From assembly GCF_009914755.1 (NCBI RefSeq), contig NC_060938.1: DNA of 64,000 nucleotides; one strand, 5' to 3'. Below are positions 1 to 15,100 of the stretch, piece after piece. A program made the position numbers and the translations under genes. This DNA comes from the human T2T-CHM13v2.0 reference genome, Homo sapiens. Under the pieces are notes generated by a model that worked only from the letters and a program-made list of their open reading frames with translations, was not told where the DNA came from and searched no databases. Every line of letters begins with the position of its first letter. Within the stretch, counting starts at the first letter, position 1.

Positions 1-1899
1 GCTGAGCTTGCTTCCGAACCAGTGGCTTCTGGGGAAAAGGCATCAGGTACAGGCCCCCCAGCCAGGCACCTTTGGGTGCTACTGTGGCCTCCTTGCCCAT
101 GCCAAGCAGACTCAGTGAGGGGGTGGCACACGGGCCCACTATATAACTGAGACCCCAATGTGGCATTCCTTAAAGAAACTATACACAATGAACCTCTAAA
201 TATAAGAAAAGAGAGAAAGAGGAAAAAGAAGAAGAGAAAAAGAAAGCTACAAAGCAAAACTTCATTTGGAGCTAAAGTTGGGAAAATATGCAGATTTCTA
301 ATAAGAGGCCTCAGGACTTCATGCATGCAAAAACACCTCCATGCAGCCCCAGCCACCAGTATCCGAGATGAAGGACAGGAAACCAGGGGTCTGGCCCCAT
401 TTCCCTGCCTCCAGGAAAACACAATTCATAAGCCACCTCCTGCATCTCCCAGCTCCCAGGGCCAAGTCTGGAAAAGCACTTTGGGTTCCTGGAAAGAAAG
501 GCCCTTACAAAATATCGGGAACTCGACTGGAAAGCGCCATTATCTATTATCTGGAGGATGTCTGCGGAGTTTAAAAGGGAGCCACTCCTCTGCCAAGGTC
601 AAGGAGGTGGCCAAAAACAACAGAGGGGCTTCTTGGAGCCAGAGAGACACATGCAGCCAAACGCTGACAGACAGGCACCCCTGCTCACAGACCCGACAGA
701 CACAAGTGTTAAGACAGAGGACCTCGGTGGAGGCTGCCCTCTTTTTCCTGGACCAAGACCCCATATTGGGGGTGTCGAGACTTGACTCAGAAGAATTAAA
801 AGCTCCACTTCTCTATCCCCAAACTACAGGCTGTTATGCGTTGGACATCTCCACATCAGACATAAGGAGAAAAGATAGAGTCTGATTTTAAGAACCCCTC
901 CCACCCACATGCAAGGCTTGGTGCCTCTTCCAGCCTGGAAAGCCAAGTTCCATTAGGGGACCGGCCTGAAGGAGCCCACCCACCTTGAAGTTGCCTCCCC
1001 TCCCGTCATTTCACCTACAGATGATTTGAAAATAGAGCTCAGATGCTGTCTCACTCCCATCAATTATAATCAGCTTTGCAGATGGCTTTTAAAAAATAAA
1101 TCTTCAGGCCCATAAAAATGCTCCCCTACAAGCCCTGGCCTGGCCTCAAATCACAGGCCTTGTGACCATGCTTTCAACAGCCCCACGATCACCCACCACC
1201 AAGAAACAGGAAAAACAAGGTAACAGAGAGGAGGCTCCCTTCCCCCAGCCGACTGCTCTTTGGCCTGGAGCTGAACATTTGGGGCCTCTGATTTAGGCCT
1301 GGAAGGTTCAAAGCTGGGGGTCAGGAAATGGCACTGCCCCCCACTTGGTGCTGATCTCTGACCTGGCACAAAAACTCCCCAGCCCTGTAACACCAAAAGC
1401 CAACCTAAGTCCCCCACTCCCTCATCAACTTTCTAAATCGTCTCAAGGCTTAAACAAGAACCTCAAACGTTACAGGTTTCACGTGCACAGGCTTTTAAAA
1501 TCAAAATAAACCTGAGCCTCGGCTGCCTGGTTCAAAGCCTGTTTGGTTCCCGTGGTGACCACAAAGGAAGAGACTCTCTAAACAAAGGGAAGGACAGACA
1601 GAACAGGTGAAACTGAAGGAACCAAAACAAGAGAGAAGGGGAGGGTGCTGCTGAATCTTAAAGCAGGGGAAGCTAGCTCCCAAAAGCTGGGGTCAGCACC
1701 AGAAGAGGCCACCAGGAACGTGGGACTGGGGAGGCCTCCAGGTTCAGGGGATTTGAGTCTATTCCTGACAGTTACTGCTTCAACTGAAAAACACAGAGAA
1801 ATACAACTTGCATCCTTCACTACCTTTAAAACCAAGAAAAGTACCTTCACTGAGGCCTATGTCCATCCCCTTAAACCTCACAGACCCTCCTGTCAAAGA

Positions 1900-2345
1900 C
1901 CTGGATTGAAAACCAACTCTACTTCCAGGCTACGGAAAGCCTGGTAAAGTCGCTTAACCTTTCTGAGCCTTACTTTCCCTGCATGTAAAATGGGGATAAG
2001 ACCTCACAAGTTTGCTCACCATGATTACTGAAGAGAAAGCCACACATGGAAGCACAAATGTTAAAAATGCGCCACAATGAGTTGTTCTCTTATTTCAATT
2101 CCATATAAGCCTTGCCTCCCAATTCAAACATAAACTCCTTAATAGCAAAGAGTGTGTCTGTACTTCTGGTTAAAAGCCGAGTTCTGAGGTCAATCTGCCT
2201 AATCTTGGTCAAGTTTCTTAACCTCTCTGGGCTTCCATTTCCCTGTCTGTACCAAGAAAACTAACAGTCCCTTCCCCAAAGAGTTGTTTGACATGTGGAG
2301 GTACTCCAAACCATTCAGCATTTAATCAGTGTGAACTATTCGTCT
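1900..2345 (+). mobile_element. Two MIR fragments
   Basis: CTTAACCTTTCTGAGCCT...TGTAAAATGGGGATAA and TTAACCTCTCTGGGCTTCCATTTCCC cores. Confidence 0.6.
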
Positions 2346-3754
2346 TTGTACTTACTTGGAAAACCAAGACATAGTTAATAAGTACTGGTTGGTTGGTTGG
2401 TTGGATGGTTGATATAAAACAGGTAACACACCTTTCCAGCCTTCCCTCTCTCATCTTCTGTTCCCTTCCCAGGAGGTGGACAGTGTTTACATTTACCTCC
2501 GAGTACCTTGGGCTTGTGAAATGCTTTGAAGCAAAATGAATGGCTCCCTTTAAGAGTCAAGGGTGCCAGCACCTTCATTTCCAGGCCTCTCTCGCTGTGC
2601 GGCTGTGAACATGTTGTTCTCTATCTCTAAACTCAGGATCTTCATCTATGAAGTGTCATCATCCCACATATCTTACAAGGCTGTTGTCAACGTTAAATGA
2701 AGCCACTGACAAACGCATCTGACATACACTCCATGTGCAAGAAGGGTTTCCCTAGGTCCCCCAGCCCTGACCTGTGGGTGGCAGGCCTAGGGAAGACCCC
2801 ACTCCCTCTTAATGGAGAACAGATCCCCACCCCAGAAGTAGCCTGCTGTAGCCAAGGACCAAGGAGGCAGTTTCCAGGGGAACAGCCTCCTCTGCAATGT
2901 ACGCCCGATTTCCATCTTTGGCTGCCTTTTATTCTCCTCCCGCTTCTGTAGTGGGCTAGGTCACCTTTCCCCACGATTGCTAGGCAACCTCCAAGAGTGG
3001 TACAGCTGCCTCCTTTGGGGGGCACCCTGGCCCTGCCCTCCCCTTCCCCTGCCTACAACCCTAAGGAAAGCTGCCTCACTTGGACTCCCACCCTGCCAAC
3101 CCTGGGGAGAGCACACGGAGAGAAGCAATCCCAGGCCAAGAGGGTTTATAGACAGAGGTTAGGGAGAAATTTTCCCCAAGGACTGAGACTTGGAAAATGA
3201 AGGCCACCCTCTCCCCAACCCACCCAGTCTTCTGTTTGCCTGTGCATATCTATGATCTATTCCTGGTCAGTTTCCAAGGAAAGAGCCACATCCTTCATCC
3301 CGCTTTCTACAAAAGCTCCCGCCCTTATCTTCCTCTTCTAAACTCCTCTCACTCATCATAAACCTGGACCCCAGCTCTAAAAAGTGGGCATGACAGAGAA
3401 GGGGACACACAAACAGGGGAAGAGGGACAAGGATGGCAGAAGCCATCAGAAATCCTGTGAATGCTTGTTTACCTCTGGGAGGTGGGATGACAGGCAATTG
3501 TCATTTTCTTCTTTATATTAGTTAATAATTTCTTAGGTTTTTAAAAATTGAGATAAAATTCCATGCCATAAAGTCACCATTTTAAAATGTACAATCTAGT
3601 GGTTTCACGTATATTTGTGAGGTTGTGAAACCACCACTACTATCCAATTCCAGAACATTTCCATCACCGGGGTTTTGTTTGTATATGTTTGTCTTGGGTT
3701 AAATGTTCTACCCACGCAAGCATTTGTTGTATAAGCGGCAGAGCAAAGTTGAGA

Positions 3755-3990
3755 AGGAGTGCAAATGCTGGAGCCCGACTGCCTGGCTTCAGATCCCAGC
3801 TCCACCATTTGCTGGCTGCGTGGGCCTGGAGGAGTTCCGCAGCTGCTCCGAGCCAGCTCTCTCATCTGCAAAATGGGATAACAGGAGGACCCATCTCACA
3901 GGGTTAGATGTGCTCATGCATGTAGAGTCCTTAGGACAATTGCTGATAATTACCATGTGCTCAAAAAGGGCGAGCCACTATAATTATTAT
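3755..3990 (+). mobile_element. MIR
   Basis: CTGGAGCCCGACTGCCTGGCTTCAGATCCCAGCTCC...CTCATCTGCAAAATGGGATAA core. Confidence 0.7.
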
Positions 3991-4293
3991 GAGAAAAGGA
4001 ATCTTGTTAACTTTATGGCAGAATGGTGCATGCGGAAGGGGCCAGTTGGGGTCATGAACGTTGCCACACACAGCTTTGGGGCCTGCCCATCACTAGACCA
4101 GACTCACCATGCCCAGATAACCAGACTTGCCCGCCAGATAACCCCCTGGTACGACATGAAAGGAGGGAAAGCAGGAGAGGCAGAGAAGGGGGAGCCTGGG
4201 CAACCCTCTCCATGCGTTTCCCCCCATCTGCTGAGAAGAGAAGGATTCCTGGGAGCCTGGACTTGATGCCCAGCCTGGGGATAGGTGGGAAAC

Positions 4294-4660
4294 TGATAGG
4301 GTTTGGCTGTGTCCCCACCCAAACGTCATCTTGAATTGTAGTTCCCATAATCCCCACATGTCGTGGGAGGGACCCGGTGGGAGGTAATTGAATCATGGGG
4401 GTGGTTACCCACATGCTGTTCTCGTGAGAGTGAGTTCTCACAAGATACAATGGTTTTATATGGGGCTTTTCCCCACCTTCGCTCTGCACTTCTCCATCCT
4501 GCAGCCATGTGAAGAAGGACATGTTTGCTTCCCCTTCCGCCATGATTTTAAGTTTCCTGAGGCCTCCATGCTGAACTGTGAGTCAATTAAACTTCTTTGC
4601 TTTATAAATTACCCAGTCTTGGGTATGTCTTTATTAGAAGCATGAGAATGGACAAATACA
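4294..4660 (+). mobile_element. THE1-family MaLR solo LTR
   Basis: TGATAGGGTTTGGCTGTGTCCCCACCCAAA...GGACAAATACA with 5-bp TSD GAAAC on both sides. Confidence 0.92.
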
Positions 4661-5350
4661 GAAACCTTGGTCATGCATGAAGAGGGAGGAAGAAGGGGTT
4701 CCAGGGTGGCTCTGAGCCCTAGTTTGCTGTGTCTCCTGTCCCTACTACTCCTAAGGCTCCTTGTCTCAGTCAGAGCCAGGTTTGGCCAAACAGTACTTAG
4801 GAGGCCACTGGCACCGGCACTGTGGGAGATGGAGCCAGAACCCCGGGCTAAATTGAATCCTGAGTCCTGTGGGGGCTGACCCATCTGCCAGAACTAAGGA
4901 AGCAGGCTCAGCGGGTTTCCTCTGTGCCTGGCCTCTCTGCCATGACCTCTCTGGGGAGGTGCAGACTAGAACCGCCCAAACCATCTCAGCTGGTGGGTTC
5001 CAGGACCCCACCACTGTCCATGGCGAGTAACTCAGCCCAACCCACAGGCCCCTCTAGCAGAGACATGGGCCTACCAACATCTCTCTATGCACTCTAAAGA
5101 GGGCATAAAAGCAGGGCCAGTGGGGAAGGTACCCTTTGGCTCCATACCAAGTCCAGGAAAACCACAGGTGGGTTACACATGGAGGCAGCTCAGGTGGGGT
5201 TAACTGGCTGGGATGATCCCAACAATATCTGTAGAGAGGTGTGGACTTGAGAATCTGGTCTGTGACCTGTCCAGATGGCCTGGCCGTCTCTCGCAGAAAG
5301 GTGAGAGGTCAGCTCTGGGAGGGGCAAAACAAATGGAAGAGAACAATGAA

Positions 5351-5470
5351 GCTAGGCATAGTGGCTCATGCCTGTAATCCCAGCACTTTGGGAGGCTGGG
5401 GCAGGAGGATCACTTGAGGCCAAGAGCCTGGGCAACATAGCAAAACCCCCATCTCTATAAAACATAAATT
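5351..5470 (+). mobile_element. Alu monomer (FLAM-like)
   Basis: Left-arm Alu with A-rich tail. Confidence 0.85.
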
Positions 5471-5603
5471 TAAAAATTTTAAACTATAATAGAAGAATGA
5501 TAAGGGAGAATGGGAGGGGGTGCTCCCCAGCATGGATAGTCACTGTTGCTCTGCTCTGCCCTTTCAGGCATCTCCCCTCTCCCCACCTCTGTCCTACAAC
5601 ATC

Positions 5604-5625
5604 ACACACACACACACACACACAC
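5604..5625. repeat. (CA)n microsatellite
   Basis: Read directly from the sequence. Confidence 0.9.
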
Positions 5626-5714
5626 GTGGCTGAAATGCCAGGGAAAGGTAAGGCTCCCAGCAGAACCGCCTTCCTTTGAGATGCACCTCCAATTCCACCA
5701 GCTCCTGCCAATGG

Positions 5715-5724
5715 CCATTATTGG
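5715..5724. promoter_or_regulatory. Perfect CArG box in intron 1
   Basis: CCATTATTGG = CC(A/T)6GG. Confidence 0.5.
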
Positions 5725-8700
5725 CAGAGCCTGTTGCAACTCTGCATCTTTCTGGTTCCCTCTCTACCTAAACCTTCATTTCCACACTCTACACAGCAAG
5801 CAGAGCATCTGATACCTAACAGGGGTTTAATGAACATCTACTGATTGCCTTCATGAGAAGGAACTGTCTACATTCTCACCCTGTTAAGGGCTGGGCTCTT
5901 TCCTAGAGACCCGACATAGCACATCTGTGACTAGGCCACATCTCAGGCTCCAGCTGCCCCACCCTGGCTCCAGGCCCCCAGGTCTTGTGTGACAAGTCTT
6001 TGAGCCAGACTGATGGTTTATGGCCCCCAGCCAGGTGCCCAGCCCCATGCCTTCCTCGAGAAGATGAAAAGGGGTGTCCAAGTCCGACACAGCCTGCAGA
6101 TTTTCCTCTCTCTGTAGTCCTCCACCTTGACTGGTGGCCTTGGCTATAGCTCCTGCAATGGCCTTGCTGTCCAGAAGGAAGTGCAAACAATGTGTCCCCT
6201 CTTCCTGTGACCTAGCCTCACCTGTCTGCAGAATCGGGATGTGGGCCTTATTCACAACCACCTCTATGCACTTGCCAACGCTGCCTCTCTGTTTCAACAT
6301 CCATTCGCTCAACAAGTATTGATTAAGTTCCTACATGTAAAAGGCCACAGGCTGGCACCTGTGGAAACACACATTAAACCATAATCTCTAGGACTTCAGA
6401 AGGAAGAGAGAAAATAAAATTTAACAGCAGAAGCTGCCATTTTACATATCTGCTCGCATCAAGCCAGCAAGGTAGGTATTAGCTCTTTTTTATAAGTAGG
6501 GAATTGGAGACTCAGAGAGGAACTTGCCCAAGGTCACAAGCCTGAAAATAATAGAGCCAGGATCCTACACCAAGCTGATGCTCTCTCCAGCTTGACCTAC
6601 CTCCAGCTTGACTGGGTACACACATACACCTAAGAATGTGAGCGAAATTACATAAGGGAGAAAACTGGGGGCTGCAGTCACCCTGAAAATAACAGCAACT
6701 CCTAGGAAAAGTGACTTCAGAGCCCAGCCTCAAAGATCAGGAAGGTTATGAAACCTGGAAAAGTAGAGGAAATGCCTCTAATCCACGTGCTCTGTCTGGA
6801 AGATAACTGCATTTTGTGTCTGGAGGCATGGCGACCAGCCCATGAACTCCGTACCGAAGCATTCTTTGAAAGAGGGACAAGCCTCGGCCAAGCCAGTGCA
6901 GCTTCTTGAGTCATGCCTCCTGCCTGCACAGACTTCTCCCTGCCTCCACATCAGGCCATACTTTCACCAAGGAAGCACTTCTCAATGCATCATTTAACCT
7001 GATTCCCCAGAAGAGTCCTGAGGGCTCCACGGGCAGAAATGTGTCCCATTTACAGAGGAGGAAACCTAATGGAAATGCCACAAGAACGGGAACTTGGTCT
7101 GTCTTGCTCAGTGCCCCATCCCTAATACCTGGAACTGTGTCTGACCCAGAATGAGTGCTCACAAAGTATTTGCTGAATGATCTAATAAAAGCTCGATGAA
7201 ATGGAAAGACTTGCCCAAAGTCTCAGAAATAGCTATGGCTGCACCAAAGCTAAAAAGAGGGTCTTCTGCCTTCTACCGGGTGACCTTTGTATCCCTCTAC
7301 ACTGTGTCCTCCTCTTCCCCTCCTCACACTCACTCCCCTGCCTCCCTCTGGAACCATCAGCCTCTGTCCACTTGTGGACTCTGGTCCCACACAAACCCCG
7401 CCTCCCAGTCAGTAGAAAGAGTGTCAAAAGCAACACGTTTACCTTACGTCTTATCCCTCACCTGTAATACCACCTCCTTAATATCACCCTACTGAGAACT
7501 AGGCAGGCCAGAAATTCTGCAGACTGAGGCCCACGAAAGATAATCTAGAGAATTAACAGGAAACAAACAAACAAAAAATGTGGATCTGAATCTTCAGAGT
7601 CAGGCCCAGAGCTCCTTCTGCCATGGCCCCTCCATCAACCCCGCCCAAAGCACGTGTCGGCTCTCCTGGTTCCCAGATGCTCTGGCTCTGGCTGCGAGGC
7701 CCAGCTTTCCTGCCTCCCTTGCCAAGGAGGGACAAGTGAGGGGAAGCTGCCAGTCCCAAACATGGCTGCATCCCAGCCCCACCAAACACAGTCTGGACTT
7801 GGAGCTGGTTACTTCCCCTCTCTGGCCCTGGTTTCCTAGTCCTTGTTCGTGCCTGGCACATATCAGCAAATGCCAGTTCTTGGCACTGTTGAGTTTGCCT
7901 CCAGGATAACCCAGTTTCCCAGACCACCTCTTCCTACCTGGCTGCCCAAAGGCCTGGGGCACACCCACTGCCACCCAGGTCAGAGCCCTGGGAATCTATA
8001 TTCTTCTCCCCACTGCGTTTAATATATTCATTCATTCAGAAATATTAAATACGATGTTCAGGCCGGTGCTCAGTGTCTGTCCCCTAGGAACTTGGTCTCA
8101 CAGTCCTTTCAGGGGCCTAGTTCCTAGGCAGCTCTGTTACTCCTGCCCCTCCCAGGCACAAAGCAGGTGCTCCCTAAGCAGGGATTTCTCCTTCGATTCT
8201 AACCCCCAGGGAAGACCCCAATCCACCACCCTAATCTCACTTCTAATTTAAAATCCATTCTCAAGAAGGCTTCACCCTGAAATTATTAAAGAGCCTTCTG
8301 CCTGGTGCCCCATAGGGATCTCCAAATTACTCACTCACTTTTCAGTTCCACCCACAGCACCCATGGTCCCAGGAAATAAGCCAAGTGAGTGGGGGACTGT
8401 CTGCAGCCCCCAGTCTTCAGCTCTTACTAGGAAGATGACAGGAAGAGGGGGAGTTTAAGCAACTGGCACATTACAAAGAAGTCAGTTCGAAGTCAGGGGA
8501 CCTTCCCATGTCCGATGTAGATGACCGATGTCGCTGTATAGGGCCCAGCCCTGCATAGGCCTTGGGCACCGCGGCCCAGGTCATCCTGCTTTGAGGAAGC
8601 CCATTGTGTGTGTTTTAGATTACCTCTGCCTGTCTGATGAAGTGAGTAAAAGGGCTCCGTTTCAGGGCCTAGGATTCCTGAGTGAGCTAATACAGGATGC

Positions 8701-8777
8701 CTTTGGCTGAAAAAAAAAACTTCAGTCGGCTCTATAAACTACCCCCCTTTTAAGTTTAAAAAAGGGAATGAATGTTA

Positions 8778-8787
8778 CCATTTTTGG
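8778..8787. promoter_or_regulatory. Perfect CArG box (SRF site) in intron 1 with adjacent TEAD motif
   Basis: CCATTTTTGG = CC(A/T)6GG. GGAATG at 8765-8770. ACTN1 is an established SRF/MRTF target. Confidence 0.7.
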
Positions 8788-9506
8788 ACATGAGCGTTCT
8801 CCCTCAAGCCCAGCCCTAACCGCACTATCCAAAGGGACGCGCCATCCTGTCCCCCCCCCCCCACCCAAAACCCCATTCCCAGATCAGCCTGGGGGTGGGG
8901 AGGGTATGAAACGGGGAGGGACCGGATGGAAGTGGGCAGCCGGGAGGAGGGGGAGGGAAAGGGGTATTCAGGGTACGTGGCCGCCTGGGGGCACAGGCTC
9001 ACCGCGCAGGCAGGAAGCAGCGGTAGGGTTGAGGCGCCCTCCCCCCACCACCACGAGTGGTTTCTGACCTCTTCCTGCCACTGGCCACTGTGCCCGGGTC
9101 CCATCGCCAGCTCCGAGCCCAGCTCCCGTGGCGGGGCGCGCACCCGGCACACCGCGCCTGCCTGGGATGCAGCTCCGTGGCTAAGTAGGGATCCCCAGTG
9201 ACTGGCCCCAAATATCCCCTAAGACTGACCCTCGTTCTGCAGCCCCTCAACTCGAACCGAGCTGCCCACCTTTCCCGGGGGTCGGAGGGGCAGGACGTAG
9301 CGCAAGCCCATGTCGGGGTTACAGCTTCCAACCCACTGAGTTAAGCAATAAAACGGTCTGCTGTCCTGACCCCGCCCCCACAGGGCCCGCGGGGGAGCCC
9401 GCGTACGCCCCCCAGTTTTCTCGTCCCCAGCCGCACTCCAGCTGGTCCTTCTCTAGGCAGATCCGGAGGCGGCCGCCGATCTCTCCGGCGCTCTCCCCTC
9501 CGCCTA

Positions 9507-10360
<854 letters not shown>

Positions 10361-10389
10361 GAACTAGGCGGACACACTAGCGCTGCGGG

Positions 10390-10710
10390 AGCCGAGGCGG
10401 GCGGGGGCGGGGGGAAGGGGCAGAGCCCTCCCGAGGCTCTCCATTGGCCAGGCCGAGTTGCCCAAACTTCCCCCCATCGCCTCTCATTGGGAATTCCTGG
10501 CATCCGTCAGCCGGGCTGCGGCGCATATAGGTGGACTGGGCGGCCCCCTCCCGGCGCGCACACCCCCGCCCACTCCCGCGGTGCCCGTTCCCCCGCGGCT
10601 CATGTGACGCCAGCTTAAGCTGAACGGGACCGAAGCCGGGAGACGCCTCCCCGAGCTCGGGGACTGAGTGGCAGCGCGCTTGGGAACCCCAGGAGCCGCC
10701 GGGATTGGAC
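10390..10710. promoter_or_regulatory. TATA-less, probably bidirectional core promoter with GC boxes and CCAAT boxes
   Basis: GGGCGG/GGGGCGGGG at ~10398-10412. ATTGG (CCAAT on minus) at 10443, 10486 and 10704. TCATGTGA E/M-box overlapping CRE-like TGACGCCA at 10600-10612. Confidence 0.7.
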
Positions 10711-11542
10711 CCGTTCCCCGCCACCGTTATTGCGCTCCCACGCGCGCTCCAAACCCCGGGGTGGGAGGGGGCTGGAGAAAGGACGCGAGGAAACCCGAAG
10801 AACATTCATTTTCTCTTTCCCAGGGAACCTGGGTCTGGGCAGGTCGGCACCCTAGGAAAGGGGGCGGAGTGGGGCAATGGAAAGGAATTTCTTGGGAATT
10901 TCACGACTCCACCGCCGCCCCCCCCGGCCCCGCCCCACCCCACCCCACCCTACAAGGCGCGACCCGGCTGATCCCTGCCCTGCAGGAACCCGGTTTCTCG
11001 CCAGCGAACTGCTCTCAGAGGCTACCGAGCGTTCCCGCCTCGCCGCAGGAACTCTTCTAGCTCGCCCTCGGGCTCTGGGGACCGCTCCACAGCGGGGCCT
11101 CCCGGAATTCCCTGCCGGTCTCCGCGGGCACACTTGGCTGGCTGCTGCGACCAAAACTACCTTCGCGTGGCAGGGTCCTCCCTCCTCCTCACAGACACCC
11201 CGACATCACCCTCAAAACTGGAAGGGACAACCCCGAGTGATCTAGGTAAATCTACTCCGTACCCCCCTCCCACATACACACGCCTGACAGATGGGGAAAC
11301 CGAGGCTCAAAGAGCCGAGCGCGGAAAGAGCTTCTGGACTTCACAGGCCAATCCGGTAACCTTATGCCTGACAAACAAAACCTTATTGTCATTGGAGGAG
11401 GATGGAGGGCGGGAGTGACTAAATAGCTCTAACTTCTGCTTGCCACCTGCCAGGACTCCTTTCCCTGGGCTTAGTAAGAGGAGAGTCTAAACGCGCTAAT
11501 GCCCGGGAAGGAGCAGGCCTCGCCTTCTGGCAGGCTCCTCTA

Positions 11543-11962
<420 letters not shown>

Positions 11963-11980
11963 TATATACATACATATATG

Positions 11981-12117
11981 CATTTGGCCCTTTATATCCA
12001 CAGGCTTCAGAACCCGCAGATACCCAGGCTGACTGTGAGGGACTTGAGCATCCTCAGATTTTGGTATCCATGGGGATGCTGAAACCAATACCCTGCCAAT
12101 ACTAAGGGAGGACTGTA
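11981..12117. mobile_element. Tigger3/MER2-like TcMar MITE fragment
   Basis: CATTTGGCCCTTTATATCC...GGGACTTGAGCATCCTCAGATTTTGGTATCC...AGGGAGGACTGTA, degenerate TIRs ending in TA. Confidence 0.7.
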
Positions 12118-13371
12118 TTTGTAGGATGAATGGCTGCATCAACTGCAAAAATTTAAATTTAAATTTAAATTTAAAATGCAAATATGTCAATTCAGAAGTG
12201 AGTGAAGGAGTTAGAAGAAGAAGTTCACTGACAGGAAGGGCCCTGAATTATGGGCTGGATTTTGTCCTCTACCTTCTCTCCAGGCGATGGTGGATACCTG
12301 AAAGCCACCCATGGAAAAGGTGAAGAAAGTGCCCCCTGGTTCTCAGAAGAGCCACTGCTGCTGTTGTGAGCAGATATCGGATGGTGTCTCTGGCTGCATC
12401 ATTCGTCAACCACACATATTCATATGAGTGTTACCCTCCAGCACTGTGCCTTCCAAAAGCCCCTGGCTGAGGAAGCACTGCTTCTGAGCCACAGAGACAG
12501 CTGATTTATGGACCATTTTATCACCGCTTCTAAACTGTGGCTCTAAACCTAACACAGAGGGTAATGGTAGTGCTGTATCCATTCATTCACCCAATAAATA
12601 TTTGCTGAGCACCATCTGCATATCAGGGAATGTACTAGATGTATACAGAGATGAAAAAGCCATAGTCCCTGTCGCACACAGCCCAGCAGACAGACACAGA
12701 AACAAAAATATGATGTCATGAGTTAGACGCAAGGAGAGAGATCTGACAAAGTGTACTGTTGGAACAGATGAGGGGCACTGAACCCCGTGGGAAAGGAGGC
12801 TCCAGGCTTAACTTTTTGGAGGAGGTGAAACTTAAGTGAACGTTAAAGAATGAGAGTCAGCCAGATAAAGAGTGTGGGAAGTTACTCCAGAAGGAAGGAC
12901 CAGCACAAGCTAATGCACAAGGACAGGAAACTGCATGGTATACAAAGGAATGTCTAGCATCTCAACGTGGCTGGACTAGAAATCCAAGGCCGGGAGGGGC
13001 AAGAGACGGGGCTAGAGAGGTGCAAAGCAGCCAGACCATGAAGGCCTCATGTGCCAGGTGGAGTGTGGATCTAAGGGGAGCAAGGCTGGCTGGAAGCTTT
13101 GACACCAGTTGCAAAGCTGTTGCAATAATCCAGGTCGAAATGGAAAAGTGTGGATAGACCAGAAATACTTAGGGGATAAAACTGAAAGACCTAGGAGTCT
13201 GGAGAAAAGATAAGTGTTTTTGTTGAGAGATCCCATGCACTTTACCTATATTAAGTTCCTCCTATGAGGTGTTTCTCTGTCTTACAGAGAAAACAAACTG
13301 AGGCTCAGAGAGGTAGTAACTAGTCCAAAATGGCACCAGTACATGTGACTCCCAGACCTGTGCCTTTAACC

Positions 13372-13944
<573 letters not shown>

Positions 13945-14702
13945 CTTTAATCATGAGTTTATAGTTTAGATGATCTGGGGAATGGTGGCACTATGACCAA
14001 TTAAGATAGAACAGAAAAGGAAAATATTTAGGAACAGAATCATGGATTGAGTTTGAACACATTGAATTTGGAGTGCTCTTAGAATGTCCAGATTCCATAG
14101 ACCAGCAGGCAGTTTGACTGCATAGCCCTGACCTCAGGCAAAACAGAGTTGAGAGTCATCTGCATATGGATGATATTAACACCAGGAGACCACCCATGAA
14201 GAATGCCCAGGTGGACATGAGAAGAGGGCAGAACCCTGGAGAACAACACTTAGAAAGGGACAGCAAAGAACAAGAACCCCTGAAGGAGACAAAGAAAATG
14301 GTCATCCAGGAACGAGGAGGGCCTGGAGTATATGACGTTGAGGAGGTCAAAGGAGTAAGGTTTCAAAGTAAGAGGAATTGGCAATATCAGATATATTCAA
14401 AAAGTCTGGAAAATAAGGCCTAAACAGTGTTCTTGGATATGACAGTTGAAAATTCACTGGTGACCTTGGCCAATGGAATTTTGGCAGAGTGGCAAAAGCT
14501 GTAAGTTTAAAGAGACATTAGGAGTGAATAAATGGAGACTGAATATAGAGGGGAAAAAGAAGTAGCTAAAGGGGCAATAGCTAGACGCAAGTACTGAGAT
14601 CAAAGGAAGATTTCTTTTAAAACTGGAAAATGTGAGCTGTTTGAAAAGAAGAATTCAGTTAAGAGGAAAAAGTTGAAAATGTAAGCTAAAGAAAGTTAAG
14701 GG

Positions 14703-14996
14703 AGCCAGGTGGAGTGGCTCACGCCTGTAATCCCAGAACTTTGGACGGCCAAGGCAGGTGGATCGCTTGAACTCAGGAGTTCGAAACCAGCCTGGGTGAC
14801 ATGGTAAAAACCTATCTCTACCAAAAATACTAAAAATTAGCCGGGCATGGTGGAGTGCACCTGTGGTCCCAGCTACTTGGAAGACTGAGGTGGGAAGATT
14901 GCTAGAGCCTGGGAAGTCTAGGCTGCAATGAGCCACGATTGGGCCACTGCACTCCAGCCTGGGTGACAGAGCCAGACACTGTCTAGAAAAAAAAAA
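14703..14996 (+). mobile_element. AluJ
   Basis: Dimeric Alu with A tail. Confidence 0.92.
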
Positions 14997-15100
14997 GGAA
15001 AGTTGAGGGATAGCACAAAGTTCTTGAGGAGATAGGACCATATGGGTTCAAGGACACAGGCTAAGGGATGGGCCATTGAACAAGAAGAAAGACCCTCATC

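Noticed and set aside
160-885. 241-aa ORF with a basic NLS-like stretch
   Set aside because: Non-ATG start, the K/R run comes from a GA-rich low-complexity tract, it is antisense within an intron, and there is no recognisable domain.
10521-10531. CArG-like GCATATAGG in the promoter; near-CArGs at 761-770 and 2101-2110
   Set aside because: One or two mismatches to CC(A/T)6GG, so not supportable without binding data.
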